A DNA stretch of 64,000 nucleotides from Planctomycetota bacterium (GCA_031409275.1 JANNXA010000018.1:59339-123338), one strand, 5' to 3'. Positions 19,556 through 29,091 are shown, counted from the first letter of the stretch. Numbers and translations: made by a program. The notes: generated by a model from the letters alone, not told the origin.

Positions 19556-20395
19556 ATGAAGCGATCGAACGAAAAGACCCTCTGGATGCTCGCGCTCGGC
19601 ATTGCCGGCATCGCGCTGGGTGCTGCCTGCGGCGGCGGTGAGTCGCGCAGCCGCAAATCCATTCGCGGCAACGTGGAAAATTCGGCGGCGGCACCCGCGC
19701 CGGGCGCATCCGGTGGTGCGGCTACGACGCAGGCCGCCGGTGGCCCGAAGAAGGTCGATCCGGCGACGGCGGGCACGATCACCGGAATCGTCAAGTGGGA
19801 CGGTGCGCGCCCGACGCCCGAGGCGCTCGACCTGTCGGGCAACCCCGACTGCTCGAAGGCGATCAAGGAGACGGTCTACAAGGAAGACCTCGTCGTCAAC
19901 GCCGACAACACTGTGGCGTTCGCGTTCGTTTCGATCGACACCAACGATGTCTACGAGACTCCGACCGAGCCGGTCGTCATCGACCAGATCGGCTGCCACT
20001 ACGTGCCGCACGTCCTCGCTGCGATGGTCGGGCAGAAGATCAAGATCAAGAGCTCGGACGCGACGCTGCACAACGTCCACTACCTCGGAACGGTGAACAC
20101 CGACCTCGAGGACAACTTCGCGATGCCGGCTCCCGGTGTTCGCGAGCGCTCCTTCACTGCCGCCGACTGGGTGAAGTTCAAGTGCGACGTGCATCCGTGG
20201 ATGGGCGCGTGGCTCGCCGTGAGGTCGCACCCGTTCTTTGCGGTCACGGGCACGGATGGCAAGTTCACCATCGCCAGCGTCCCCGCCGGGACGCACAAGC
20301 TCGTGATGAAGCACGAGTCGCTCGGCGAGCAGTCGGTGACGGTGACGGTCGAGGCCGGCAAGACGGCCACCGCTGAGTTCACGCTGAAGAAGTGA
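19556..20395 (+). CDS. Lipoprotein with cupredoxin-like core and carboxypeptidase-regulatory-like C-terminal domain
   Basis: Lipobox LGAAC; IDQIGCHYVPHV, HNVH, KCDVHPWM, HPFFAVT.DG.F.I..VP.G. Confidence 0.8.
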   Translation: MKRSNEKTLWMLALGIAGIALGAACGGGESRSRKSIRGNVENSAAAPAPGASGGAATTQAAGGPKKVDPATAGTITGIVKWDGARPTPEALDLSGNPDCSKAIKETVYKEDLVVNADNTVAFAFVSIDTNDVYETPTEPVVIDQIGCHYVPHVLAAMVGQKIKIKSSDATLHNVHYLGTVNTDLEDNFAMPAPGVRERSFTAADWVKFKCDVHPWMGAWLAVRSHPFFAVTGTDGKFTIASVPAGTHKLVMKHESLGEQSVTVTVEAGKTATAEFTLKK

Positions 20396-20468
20396 CCGAC
20401 GTCTGTCTGGCCCGCGACGCGTGATGCGTCGCGGGCCTGCTGTTTGGAACGACGCCCCGGAGGCGCTC

Positions 20469-21314
20469 ATGCCGCAGGTTCGACCGCCCGATTTCGGCGA
20501 AGCGTGGAAGTGGTGGCTCCCGCCGCACTACTCCTCGTTCGGTGACGACATCGACTTGATGTTCCATTGGATCTTCTGGATCACGATGGTGACGTTCGTC
20601 GGTGTCGAGCTGGCGCTGCTGTACTTCTGCTTCAAGTACAAGAAGAACCCCGCCCGCAAGGCGACCTACACGCACGGCAGCCACTCGCTCGAAGTGGCGT
20701 GGACGGTGATTCCGGCGGTGATTTTGGTGGGTCTCGGCGTCGCCAGCACCAAGCTGTGGGCGACCATCAAGAACCCGACGGACTCCGACTATCCCAAGGA
20801 GTTCCAGACGACTGTCAAGATCGCCGCCAAGCAGTTCGCCTGGAACGTCACCTACCCCGGGATCGACAAGCAGTTGGGCACGGACGACGACTTCACCGAG
20901 ACGAACATCCTGAACGTCCCGTACGAGCCGATCGACGCCGAGGGCAACGCCACGACCGAGGAGAACGTCCGCGTCATGCTGACGTCGATGGACGTCATCC
21001 ACTCGTTCTTCGTGCCGGTGCTGCGCCTGAAGCAGGACGCAGTTCCCGGCTACATCGGCAACGTCTGGTTCGACGTGCAGCGAATGACCTATCCGGGCCC
21101 CGACAAGAAGCACCTGACCAACGACACCAAGCCCTCGGACGACGGGATCACTCTCGTCGACTGGGAAGAGAGCTACGAAGTGGCGTGTGCCGAGCTGTGC
21201 GGCCTGGGCCATTCGCAGATGCGCATGCAGTTGAAGGCGGTGCCGCGCGCGGACTGGGAAGCGTGGGTCGCGGTGAAGTCGGCCGCTGCCAAGCAGCGCG
21301 CCGCCTCCAAGTGA
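20469..21314 (+). CDS. coxB: Cytochrome c oxidase subunit II (CuA)
   Basis: Two TM helices, LEVAWTVIP, KQFAW, DVIHSF, KQDAVPG, CAELCGLGHSQM. Confidence 0.95.
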   Translation: MPQVRPPDFGEAWKWWLPPHYSSFGDDIDLMFHWIFWITMVTFVGVELALLYFCFKYKKNPARKATYTHGSHSLEVAWTVIPAVILVGLGVASTKLWATIKNPTDSDYPKEFQTTVKIAAKQFAWNVTYPGIDKQLGTDDDFTETNILNVPYEPIDAEGNATTEENVRVMLTSMDVIHSFFVPVLRLKQDAVPGYIGNVWFDVQRMTYPGPDKKHLTNDTKPSDDGITLVDWEESYEVACAELCGLGHSQMRMQLKAVPRADWEAWVAVKSAAAKQRAASK

Positions 21315-21383
21315 TCGCGCGACCCCGCTCGTTGCGCCCGCACTTCTGTCCAAACGATCGAATCCGGCTTGGAGCCGAATGAC

Positions 21384-23381
21384 ATGAGCACGACCGCCAC
21401 CGCCCCAGCCCACGCGGACCCTGCCGCCGGGCACGGCCATCACGAGCTCTCGTTCCTGCGCAAGTGGGTCTTCTCGACCGACCACAAGGTGATCGGGCTG
21501 CAGTACCTCTTCTGCTGCCTCTTCACGCTGATGGTCGGCGGCCTGCTCGCGCTGATGGTTCGCTGGCAGATCGCCTATCCGGCCGGCGCCAAGCCGACGC
21601 AAGAGCAGGTGCAGGAGCTGCGCGACCGTGGATTGTCGGGCGCTGAGCTCTCCGCAGAGCTCGCGAAGATCGACAACGATCGCCCGTTCCCGATCCTCGG
21701 CGAGGTTCTTTGGGGCGAGCACCTCGAACCCGAACTGGTGAACAACGGCGAGATCGGCGAGCCCGGCTTCTTCGGCAACAGCAACGGGATGATGCCGGCC
21801 GAGTGGTACAACGTCGCCTTCACCATGCACGCGTCGGTGATGATCTTCCTGGTCATCATTCCGATGCTGACCGGCGCGTTTGGCAACTGGGTCATCCCAT
21901 TGCAGCTCGGTGCCAAGGACATGGCGTTCCCGTTCTTGAACGGGTTGTCGTTCTGGACGTGGATCTGCGCGGTCCTGATCCTCTTCGCCAGCTTCTTCGT
22001 GACGCCCAACGGCGTCGGCGCTGGCGCGGGCTGGACTTCCTACCCGCCGTTGAGCGGCGTCGTGAGCCCGTCGGCCGGACCTGGCCAGACACTCTGGTGC
22101 ATCGGGGTGATCATCGGCGGAACGTCCTCGATCATGGGGGCGATGAACTACATCACCACGATCGTCAACCTGCGCGCGCCAGGGCTCACGCTCTTCCGCA
22201 TGCCGCTGACGACATGGGCGGCGTTCATCACCGCGATCCTGCAGCTCTTCGCGACGCCAGTCCTCTCCTCCGCGATGGCGATGCTGCTGTTCGACCGCCA
22301 TGCGGGAACCAGCTTCTTCCTCCCTGAAGGGCTGGTCTTCAGCGATGCGCCGGTACCCAACGCCGGCGGCGGCCAGGTGATCCTCTGGCAGCACATCTTC
22401 TGGTTCTATTCGCACCCGGCCGTCTACATCATGATCCTGCCGGCGATGGGCATCGTCTCGGACGTGATCGCGGTCTGGTCGCGCAAACCGGTCTTCGGCT
22501 ACCGGCCGATGGTCTACTCCATGTCCGCGATCGCCGGGCTCGGCTTCGTGGTGTGGGGACACCACATGTTCCAGTCGGGCATGAACCCGGTGCTCGGAAC
22601 CACCTTCATGATCTCGACGATCATGATCGCGCTGCCAAGTGCCGTGAAGGTCTTCAACTGGCTCGGAACCTTGTGGGGTGGGCAGATCACCTTCTCGCCC
22701 GCGCTCCTGTTCGCGCTTGGGTTCGTCTCGATGTTCGTGATCGGCGGCCTGTCCGGCATCTACATGGCCAACGCGCCGTTCGACATGTTCATCCACGACA
22801 CCTACTTCATCGTGGCGCACATCCACTACGTGCTCTTCACGGGCTCGGTGATGGGCATCTTCGCGGGCATCTACCACTGGTTCCCGAAGATGTTCGGGCG
22901 CCACATGAATGACGGGCTCGGCAAGCTCCACTTCTGGCTGACGTTCGTCTTCATGAACGGCGTCTTCTTCCCGATGCACATCATCGGGCTCGGCGGCTAC
23001 CCGCGCCGTTACGCGAGCTTCCGCGGCTACGACTTCCTCGCGCCGTACGAGGGCATGAACATCTTCATGACCTGGTGCGCCATCCTGCTCGGACTTTCGC
23101 AGCTCGTCTTCCTGGCGAACTTCTTCGGCGGGATCCTGTTCGGGCGCAAGACGACGAGCGACAACCCTTGGCACGCCAGTTCGCTGGAGTGGTCGACGTC
23201 GACCCCGCCGCCGCACGGCAACTGGATCGGACCAGTGCCGACCGTGTACCACGGTCCCTACGAGTACAACCACCCCAACTGCAAGGAGGACTACGCTCCG
23301 CAGTGGATGCCGATGCAGCTGAACGCTGCGGCAACGGCGCCTGCGGCGACGGCGCCGGTGGCGACGACGCCGGGTCACTGA
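21384..23381 (+). CDS. coxA: Cytochrome c oxidase subunit I, A2-type heme-copper oxidase
   Basis: STDHKVIG, TMHAS, DMAFP, GWTSYPPL, FWFYSHPAVY (YS motif), WGHHM, AHIHY, GYPRRY. Confidence 0.97.
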   Translation: MSTTATAPAHADPAAGHGHHELSFLRKWVFSTDHKVIGLQYLFCCLFTLMVGGLLALMVRWQIAYPAGAKPTQEQVQELRDRGLSGAELSAELAKIDNDRPFPILGEVLWGEHLEPELVNNGEIGEPGFFGNSNGMMPAEWYNVAFTMHASVMIFLVIIPMLTGAFGNWVIPLQLGAKDMAFPFLNGLSFWTWICAVLILFASFFVTPNGVGAGAGWTSYPPLSGVVSPSAGPGQTLWCIGVIIGGTSSIMGAMNYITTIVNLRAPGLTLFRMPLTTWAAFITAILQLFATPVLSSAMAMLLFDRHAGTSFFLPEGLVFSDAPVPNAGGGQVILWQHIFWFYSHPAVYIMILPAMGIVSDVIAVWSRKPVFGYRPMVYSMSAIAGLGFVVWGHHMFQSGMNPVLGTTFMISTIMIALPSAVKVFNWLGTLWGGQITFSPALLFALGFVSMFVIGGLSGIYMANAPFDMFIHDTYFIVAHIHYVLFTGSVMGIFAGIYHWFPKMFGRHMNDGLGKLHFWLTFVFMNGVFFPMHIIGLGGYPRRYASFRGYDFLAPYEGMNIFMTWCAILLGLSQLVFLANFFGGILFGRKTTSDNPWHASSLEWSTSTPPPHGNWIGPVPTVYHGPYEYNHPNCKEDYAPQWMPMQLNAAATAPAATAPVATTPGH

Positions 23382-23475
23382 GTTTCGCCGTCGCAGACGA
23401 ACGTCCTCGGATGAGCCCCGCTGGTTCGCGCCCGACGAGGGGGAGGCCAGAATCGGCGGGGAATGAGGTCTCGAG

Positions 23476-24441
23476 TTGTTGAACGCGAATCCCCCCGCTG
23501 CCGTGATCGAACCGAGCAGCAGCGCTGCCGCGCTCGAGCGTCCGCGCCACGCGGGGCGCCACCGATTCGCCTGTTTCCACGTCTGCGCGACGTTCTGTCT
23601 GATCGCGTTTGGCGCTTCGGTGACCAGCAATGACGCCGGTCTCGCGGTCCCCGACTGGCCGACGACCTACGGCGACCTGAATCCGATCGCGCCGTATTTG
23701 CGCGGCCTGGTCAGCGGACTGATCGCGTTGGAGCACAACCACCGCGTGATCGGGATGGTGGTCGGATTGCTGACCATCGCGCTGTGCGTCTGGATCTGGC
23801 GCACCGCGGAGACGACCCTGGTGAGACGCCTGGGAGTCATCCTCCTCGTCGCCGTCTGCGTGCAGGGCGGACTCGGCGGACTCACCGTGCACATGAAGCT
23901 GCCTGCAGCGGTCTCGATCGCGCACGGCATGCTCGCGCAGTCGTTCTTCTGCCTCTCGATCGCGACCGCCTATCTCCTCGCGGGGGAGGCCCGCGCTGCA
24001 GGCGGAAGCATCGCGCGCGGCTCGCCGACCGCCGCGGCGCGCTCGCTGCAGCGCTCGGCGGCGCACGTCTTCATCGCGGTCTTCCTGCAGCTCTTCTTCG
24101 GGGCGCTGGTGCGTCACACGGTTGCCAAGTGGCGCGTCCCGACCTTCGGCGACACGCCGGTCCTGCTGCACATGCTCTTCGCTCTGGTGGTGTTGTTGGT
24201 CGTCGGCCGCTTCGTCGCAAAGGTCACTTCCGAGTCGCCGCCGGGCTCCCGTCTTTCGGCTCCGGCGATCGCTCTCGCAGCGCTGGTCCTCGCGCAGTTG
24301 CTGCTCGGGCTGTTCGCGGTCGCGACACGGACCGATCCGCTCGTCACCGTGCTCCACGTCATCACGGGCGCCTCGATCCTCGGGACGAGCCTCTTCACGT
24401 GGTTGCGCAGCCATCGCCTGGCGGCGCGGGAGCCGGCATGA
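23476..24441 (+). CDS. ctaA: Heme A synthase (COX15/CtaA family)
   Basis: AGLAVPDWP, EHNHR, QGGLGG, AHGMLAQ, two further His (LLHM, VLHV); start codon uncertain. Confidence 0.88.
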   Translation: MLNANPPAAVIEPSSSAAALERPRHAGRHRFACFHVCATFCLIAFGASVTSNDAGLAVPDWPTTYGDLNPIAPYLRGLVSGLIALEHNHRVIGMVVGLLTIALCVWIWRTAETTLVRRLGVILLVAVCVQGGLGGLTVHMKLPAAVSIAHGMLAQSFFCLSIATAYLLAGEARAAGGSIARGSPTAAARSLQRSAAHVFIAVFLQLFFGALVRHTVAKWRVPTFGDTPVLLHMLFALVVLLVVGRFVAKVTSESPPGSRLSAPAIALAALVLAQLLLGLFAVATRTDPLVTVLHVITGASILGTSLFTWLRSHRLAAREPA

Positions 24442-25292
24442 GGCTGCCGTCGCTGCGCGATCTGGTGATGCTGACCAAGCCGCGCATCGTCGTCGCCGGT
24501 GCGATGGCAGCGCTGGCTGGGTACCTGGCGCCGCGGGATCACGTGCAGATCGGACCGCTGCTCGAAGCGCTCGCGGCGATCGGCGGCATCACGGCCGCCG
24601 CCGGAATCCTCAATCAGGTGCTCGAGCGCGATGTCGACGCCCTCATGCCGCGCACCGCGGGCCGCCCGCTTCCTGCGGGACGAGTCGACGTTTCGTTCGC
24701 GATCCTGCTCGGGTGCCTCCTCGCGGCGGCGAGCCTCGCGCTGACGGCGTGGCGCATCAACGGCCTCACCGCGGCGCTCATGCTGTTCGCCTTCGTCTCG
24801 TACCTCTTCGTCTACACGCCGCTCAAGCGCCACACGACGCTCAACACCTTCGTCGGCGCGGTGCCCGGCGCGCTGCCGCCGGTGCTCGGATGGGCCGCCG
24901 CGTGCAACGACCTCGGTCGCGGCGCCTACGCGCTGTTCGCGATCCTCTTCCTCTGGCAGTTGCCGCACTTCCTCGCCATCGCATGGCTCTATCGGCGCGA
25001 CTACGAGCTCGGCGGATTGAAGATGCTCCCGGCGCGCGATCCCGATGGGGAACTGGTGTCGCGCCAGATGTGCATGCACGCCGTGTCGCTGTGCCTCGCG
25101 GCGATGCTGCCGTTCATCTTCCGCATGGCGGGGCCGGTTTACCTCGTCGGCTCCTTGCTGCTTGGCATCAGCTTCGCGGTTCCGGCGTTCCGCTTCTGGC
25201 GCGTACGCAGCGACGTGCGCGCGCGCCAGGTGATGCGCGCCTCGTTGATCTACCTGCCCGGCATCCTCTTCCTTCTGGCGCTCAAGGCATGA
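24438..25292 (+). CDS. ctaB: Protoheme IX farnesyltransferase (heme O synthase)
   Basis: LTKPRI, NQVLERDVDALMPRT..RPLPAG, YTPLKR, GAVPGALPP, WQLPHF. Confidence 0.96.
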   Translation: MRLPSLRDLVMLTKPRIVVAGAMAALAGYLAPRDHVQIGPLLEALAAIGGITAAAGILNQVLERDVDALMPRTAGRPLPAGRVDVSFAILLGCLLAAASLALTAWRINGLTAALMLFAFVSYLFVYTPLKRHTTLNTFVGAVPGALPPVLGWAAACNDLGRGAYALFAILFLWQLPHFLAIAWLYRRDYELGGLKMLPARDPDGELVSRQMCMHAVSLCLAAMLPFIFRMAGPVYLVGSLLLGISFAVPAFRFWRVRSDVRARQVMRASLIYLPGILFLLALKA

Positions 25293-25615
25293 ACACCTCC
25301 GCCCGCGAGGAAAGCCGCGCCCCCGCGCGAACTCCACCGATCGAGCCGCCGATGGACGCGAGCCTCGACGAAGCGGTGCGCCGACGGCGACTGCGCCGCT
25401 TCGGCCTCGCGCTTGCGGCCGTCGTCGTGCTGCTCGTGCTCTTCGCGGTCGGCTACGTCAAGTTGTTCGACCGCGTGCTCGCCGATCCGTCGCGCCCGCC
25501 GACCGCCACCGCCGCACCCAATCCACGCGTCCTCACCTTCGAGTTGCTGCTCGCCGCGGCGATCGCGGTCGGTGCCACGACGTGGTGGGTGCGCCGCCAA
25601 AGGCGAACGCCATGA
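25289..25615 (+). CDS. Small two-TM hypothetical membrane protein
   Basis: ATGA overlaps with ctaB and the SCO gene; two hydrophobic segments. Confidence 0.7.
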   Translation: MNTSAREESRAPARTPPIEPPMDASLDEAVRRRRLRRFGLALAAVVVLLVLFAVGYVKLFDRVLADPSRPPTATAAPNPRVLTFELLLAAAIAVGATTWWVRRQRRTP

Positions 25616-26343
25616 CCGAACCGACCGATCCCGCGCCCCCCTCGAAGTCGACGGCGGCCGCACCGGCGCGGCCGGGCTCCTTCGCGCCGATCGCCCTCGG
25701 CATCGCGCTCATGCTTCTGATCGCGGTCGTCATCCAGCGCATGCAGCGCGGTGGCGAGCCCGTCGGAAGCGGCGCGCAGGACGTGACCGCCAAGGGCGCG
25801 AAGCTCGCGGTGTGGGGGCCGATGCCCACGCTCGAACTCGTCGACTCGTCGGGTCGTCCCTTCGCGCTGGCGGGCCAGAAGGGGCGCGTCACGGTCGTGA
25901 ACTTCTTCTTCACCGGCTGCCCGGGTCCGTGCGTCGACCTCACGCAGAAGGTGCGCACGTTGATGTCGAGCTTCCGCGCGCAGCCCGACGTCGACTTCGT
26001 CAGCATCAGCGTCGATCCCGAAGCGGACACGCCGGACCAGCTCACCACGTTCGCGCGGGTGCAAGGCGGCGAGTTCCCGCGCTGGCATTGGTTGACGGGG
26101 ACGAAGGAGCAGATCACCGCGGTCTGCCTCGGCTTCTTCGCGCCGTTCGGCGACAAGGACGATGCGGGCGACATCGTCCACTCGACCAAGCTCTACGTGG
26201 TCGATCGCGAAGGGCGCATCCGCTCGATGGTCAACACCCAGATCGATCCCGATTGGCTCGGCTCGGCTGCGCACGCCATCCGGCTGCTGATCGCCGGCGA
26301 CGCAGGCGCGGCGGATGCCGAGCTGCCGTCGAAGTCGCCCTGA
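25612..26343 (+). CDS. SCO1/SenC copper chaperone
   Basis: N-terminal TM, NFFFTGCPGPC (CxxxC), SISVDPEADTP, WHWLTG, IVHST. Confidence 0.93.
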   Translation: MTEPTDPAPPSKSTAAAPARPGSFAPIALGIALMLLIAVVIQRMQRGGEPVGSGAQDVTAKGAKLAVWGPMPTLELVDSSGRPFALAGQKGRVTVVNFFFTGCPGPCVDLTQKVRTLMSSFRAQPDVDFVSISVDPEADTPDQLTTFARVQGGEFPRWHWLTGTKEQITAVCLGFFAPFGDKDDAGDIVHSTKLYVVDREGRIRSMVNTQIDPDWLGSAAHAIRLLIAGDAGAADAELPSKSP

Positions 26344-26356
26344 GATCCACGCCCCG

Positions 26357-26806
26357 ATGTTGTTGCTCGCCTTCCATCTGCCGACGCTGAACGCCTGCCT
26401 CAACGCGCTGGCCGCGGTGCTGCTGACCTGCGGCTACATCGCCATTCGCCGCCGCGCGATCGAGGTGCACAAGCGTTGCATGCTGGCCGCGTTCGCGACC
26501 TCGACCGTCTTCCTGGTCTGCTACCTGATCCACAAGGCGACTGCCGGTCACACGTCGTTTCCAGGCAGCGGCGGCGCGAAGAAGATCTACCTCACGATCC
26601 TGCTGACTCACACCGTGCTTGCGGCGAGCGTGGTTCCGCTGGCGCTGTTGACGATTCGCGCGGCGCTCACGAAGCGCTTCGAGCGCCACAAGAAGCTGGC
26701 GCGCGTCACCTTTCCGATCTGGCTCTACGTCTCGGTGACCGGGGTCGTGATCTGGTGGTTCCTCTACTCGGGCACGTTCGATCCAGCCGTGACGACGCCG
26801 CGCTGA
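26357..26806 (+). CDS. DUF420 (CtaM-like) membrane protein
   Basis: LPTLNACLN, HKRCM, FLVCYL, ILLTHTVLA, FERHKKLAR.TFPIWLYVSVTGV. Confidence 0.92.
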   Translation: MLLLAFHLPTLNACLNALAAVLLTCGYIAIRRRAIEVHKRCMLAAFATSTVFLVCYLIHKATAGHTSFPGSGGAKKIYLTILLTHTVLAASVVPLALLTIRAALTKRFERHKKLARVTFPIWLYVSVTGVVIWWFLYSGTFDPAVTTPR

Positions 26807-26874
26807 CGGCTCGCGATGGACCCGACGCTTCGGCTTCGCGGCGGCTCGATCGACCGGCTGCTATGGTGGCGCCC

Positions 26875-27192
26875 ATGACGTCGTCCGCGAAGCCATCGCT
26901 GCGGTCCATCGCGCATCGCGCCGCCGCGTGGTGCCGGTTCGCGCTGCTCGCGGCGTTGCTGCTCGGCGGTCCGCTGCCGCGGGCGGCGGCGCAATGTTCG
27001 ATGTGAAAAGCTTCGGCCTACGATCAGGTGGATCGTGCCCAAAGTGATCGGCTCGGCTCGGCGTTCAACCTCAGCGTCTACTGGATGCTGGCGGTGCCAG
27101 GCCTGATGATCGCCGGATTGGCGACCTTGATCGCGGTGAACGTGCGCGCCCGCGTGCGCCTCGAAGCGCAGTCGACGCACGACCGCCAATGA
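26875..27192 (+). CDS. Candidate selenoprotein: signal peptide + C-S-M-U motif + C-terminal TM anchor (105 aa, in-frame TGA at 27004-27006)
   Basis: Signal-like ...LLAALLLGG..AAA|QCSM(TGA)KASAY...SAFNLSVYWMLAVPGLMIAGLATLIAV; frame stays open to TGA 27190-27192 overlapping the dapF ATG; SECIS-like hairpin follows the internal TGA. Confidence 0.72.
27010..27045 (+). promoter_or_regulatory. Putative bacterial SECIS element
   Basis: GGC-(CU bulge)-ACGAUC-[AGGUG]-GAUCGU-GCC with extendable lower stem; apical loop begins 20 nt after UGA with G at loop position 2. Confidence 0.65.
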
Positions 27193-28037
27193 GCTCGCTG
27201 CCGTTCGTCAAGCTGCATGGCTGCGCCAACGACTACGTCCTGATCGATGGCGACGTGGTCGCGTCCGCGGAACTCGGCGCGTTCGCGCGCGCGGCGTGTG
27301 ATCGGCGCCGCAGCGTCGGAGCCGATGGCGTGCTGGTGGTGCTGCCGTCGCCGGTGCCGGGCGCGTCGGCGCGCATGGCGATGATCAACCCCGACGGCAG
27401 CGAAGCGGAGATGTGCGGCAACGGGCTGCGCTGCCTCGGCAAGTTCCTCTTCGATCGCGGGCGGGTCGCGCGCGAGTTCGCCGTGGAAACTCGTGCCGGA
27501 GTCGTGCCGATGGTGGTCGAGGAGGTCGATGGCGCGGGCCACGCGACCCTTCTCACCGCGACGATCGGCGTGCCCGACTTCCGCCGCTCTGCGGTTCCGA
27601 TGGCGGGTCCACCGGAAACTCCCGCGCTCGACGAATCGTTCGCGCTGGCGGGCCGCACGCTGCGGCTCACGGCGCTGCGTCTGGGCAATCCCCATGCGGT
27701 GGTCTTCGTCGACGACGTGTTGCACTACCCGGTGCATTCGGTCGGGCCCGCGCTCGAGCACGACCCGCGCTTCCCGGCGCGGATCAACGTCGAGTTCGTC
27801 GAGGTCGTCGCGCCCGACCGACTGCGCCAGCGGACCTGGGAGCGCGGCGCCGGCGAGACGCTCGCTTGCGGCAGCGGCGCGACCGCGGCGGCCATCGCCG
27901 CGCGGAAGGTCCGCGGCTTCCCGGCGGTCGTGCGGGTGGAACTGCAAGGCGGGGAACTCACCGTGCGATGGGGCGGGGCGGGCGAGCCGGCCCATCTGAC
28001 GGGCCCGGCGATCGAGTCCTTCCGCGGCACGCTCTGA
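27189..28037 (+). CDS. dapF: Diaminopimelate epimerase
   Basis: FVKLHGCANDY, VGADG, NPDGSEAEMCGNGLRC, GNPHAV, INVEF, ERGAGETLACGSG. Confidence 0.96.
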   Translation: MSSLPFVKLHGCANDYVLIDGDVVASAELGAFARAACDRRRSVGADGVLVVLPSPVPGASARMAMINPDGSEAEMCGNGLRCLGKFLFDRGRVAREFAVETRAGVVPMVVEEVDGAGHATLLTATIGVPDFRRSAVPMAGPPETPALDESFALAGRTLRLTALRLGNPHAVVFVDDVLHYPVHSVGPALEHDPRFPARINVEFVEVVAPDRLRQRTWERGAGETLACGSGATAAAIAARKVRGFPAVVRVELQGGELTVRWGGAGEPAHLTGPAIESFRGTL

Positions 28038-28116
28038 GCTCGTGGCCGTTGCGCCATCCCCGGCACGATCGGCCGCGGGCTCCTATACTCCCGCGCCGTT
28101 CGTTGGGAGGTGTGAT

Positions 28117-29091
28117 GTGAAGCGGTCGAGAGGTGGTGGTTTCGGCGGCGCCGGCGGCACTGGCGGTGGCGGCGCGGCGAGCGGCGGCACTGGGGCGGCG
28201 GCGGCGCGGGCGCTCGAGCCATCGTTGGCGGCGAATCCCGCCGAGAGCGACGGTTGGTTCAGCGTGAGTCGCGCCGCGCAGTTGCTGTCGATGCCGCTGC
28301 CGCGGATCTTCGACGCGATTCGCGACGGCAAGTTGCAGGTCCGATTCGAGCCGGGCAAGCCCGGTGAATCGGACAAGCCGCAAGTCACGTCGCCGGAGCT
28401 GCGCCAGAAGGCGGCACTGCCCGACCTGAGCGCGACCCCAACTCCGACTTCCGCTGCGAGTTCGCCGAATGCGGCGAACGCGCCGAACGCGCCGAGTGCG
28501 GCCACGTCCCGCGCGCTGTCCGCGGCGCCCTCGATGCCCTCGCCGCCGCCGACCGAAGCGCTGCTCGAGGAGTCGCGCCGCGCGGTCACTCGCCTTGAAG
28601 CGGAGGCGAAGGAGTCGCGTGCGACCTTCGAGGCGCTCGAAGCGCAGGTCGACGCCGCACTGAAGGCGGTCTACGAACGCGACGTTCGCATCGCTCGACT
28701 CGAATCCGAGGTCGCCACCAACGTGAAGCTGCGCGAAGGCGCGGACGGCTTCATCCGTCACCTCGAATCGCGGCTCGACAAGAACGAGGAGCGCTCCGAG
28801 GAGAAGGAGAAGGAGATCCGCCGCCTGGCCGTCGGGCTCGGCGAGGCACGCGGCGAGATCCGTCTGCTGAAGCCGCCCGACGCGCCGCCTCCGTCCGCGT
28901 GGCGTCGCCACGGCCGCGACGCGCTCGTCTTCCTCGTGGCGGTGGCGGTCGGCGGCGTCGTCGGCTACTTCGCGTACAAGTTGTCGAACAGCAAGCTGAC
29001 GCTCGAAGCGAGCGTTGCGGCAGGCGCGGGAGCGTTGGCTTCATGGATCGCCGCGACGTTGGTCGAACGGTTGCGCCGAGCGAAGGGGTGA
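28117..29091 (+). CDS. Hypothetical protein: HTH-like segment, coiled coil, two C-terminal TM helices
   Basis: GTG after GGGAGG, with TATACT at 28084; WFSVSRAAQLL..IRDGKL resembles an excisionase-type HTH; heptad-rich middle. Confidence 0.7.
   Translation: MKRSRGGGFGGAGGTGGGGAASGGTGAAAARALEPSLAANPAESDGWFSVSRAAQLLSMPLPRIFDAIRDGKLQVRFEPGKPGESDKPQVTSPELRQKAALPDLSATPTPTSAASSPNAANAPNAPSAATSRALSAAPSMPSPPPTEALLEESRRAVTRLEAEAKESRATFEALEAQVDAALKAVYERDVRIARLESEVATNVKLREGADGFIRHLESRLDKNEERSEEKEKEIRRLAVGLGEARGEIRLLKPPDAPPPSAWRRHGRDALVFLVAVAVGGVVGYFAYKLSNSKLTLEASVAAGAGALASWIAATLVERLRRAKG

Noticed and set aside
20379..23630. Long antisense ORFs (also 33646-36447, 42434-45670, 17229-19301 and many others)
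   Set aside because: Shadow frames of well-supported genes in high-GC DNA; Arg/Ala-rich with no motifs.
26476..27006. 176-aa ORF as given in the track
   Set aside because: Its 5' part is an off-frame overlap of DUF420; the plausible gene starts at 26863 or 26875 and reads through the TGA.
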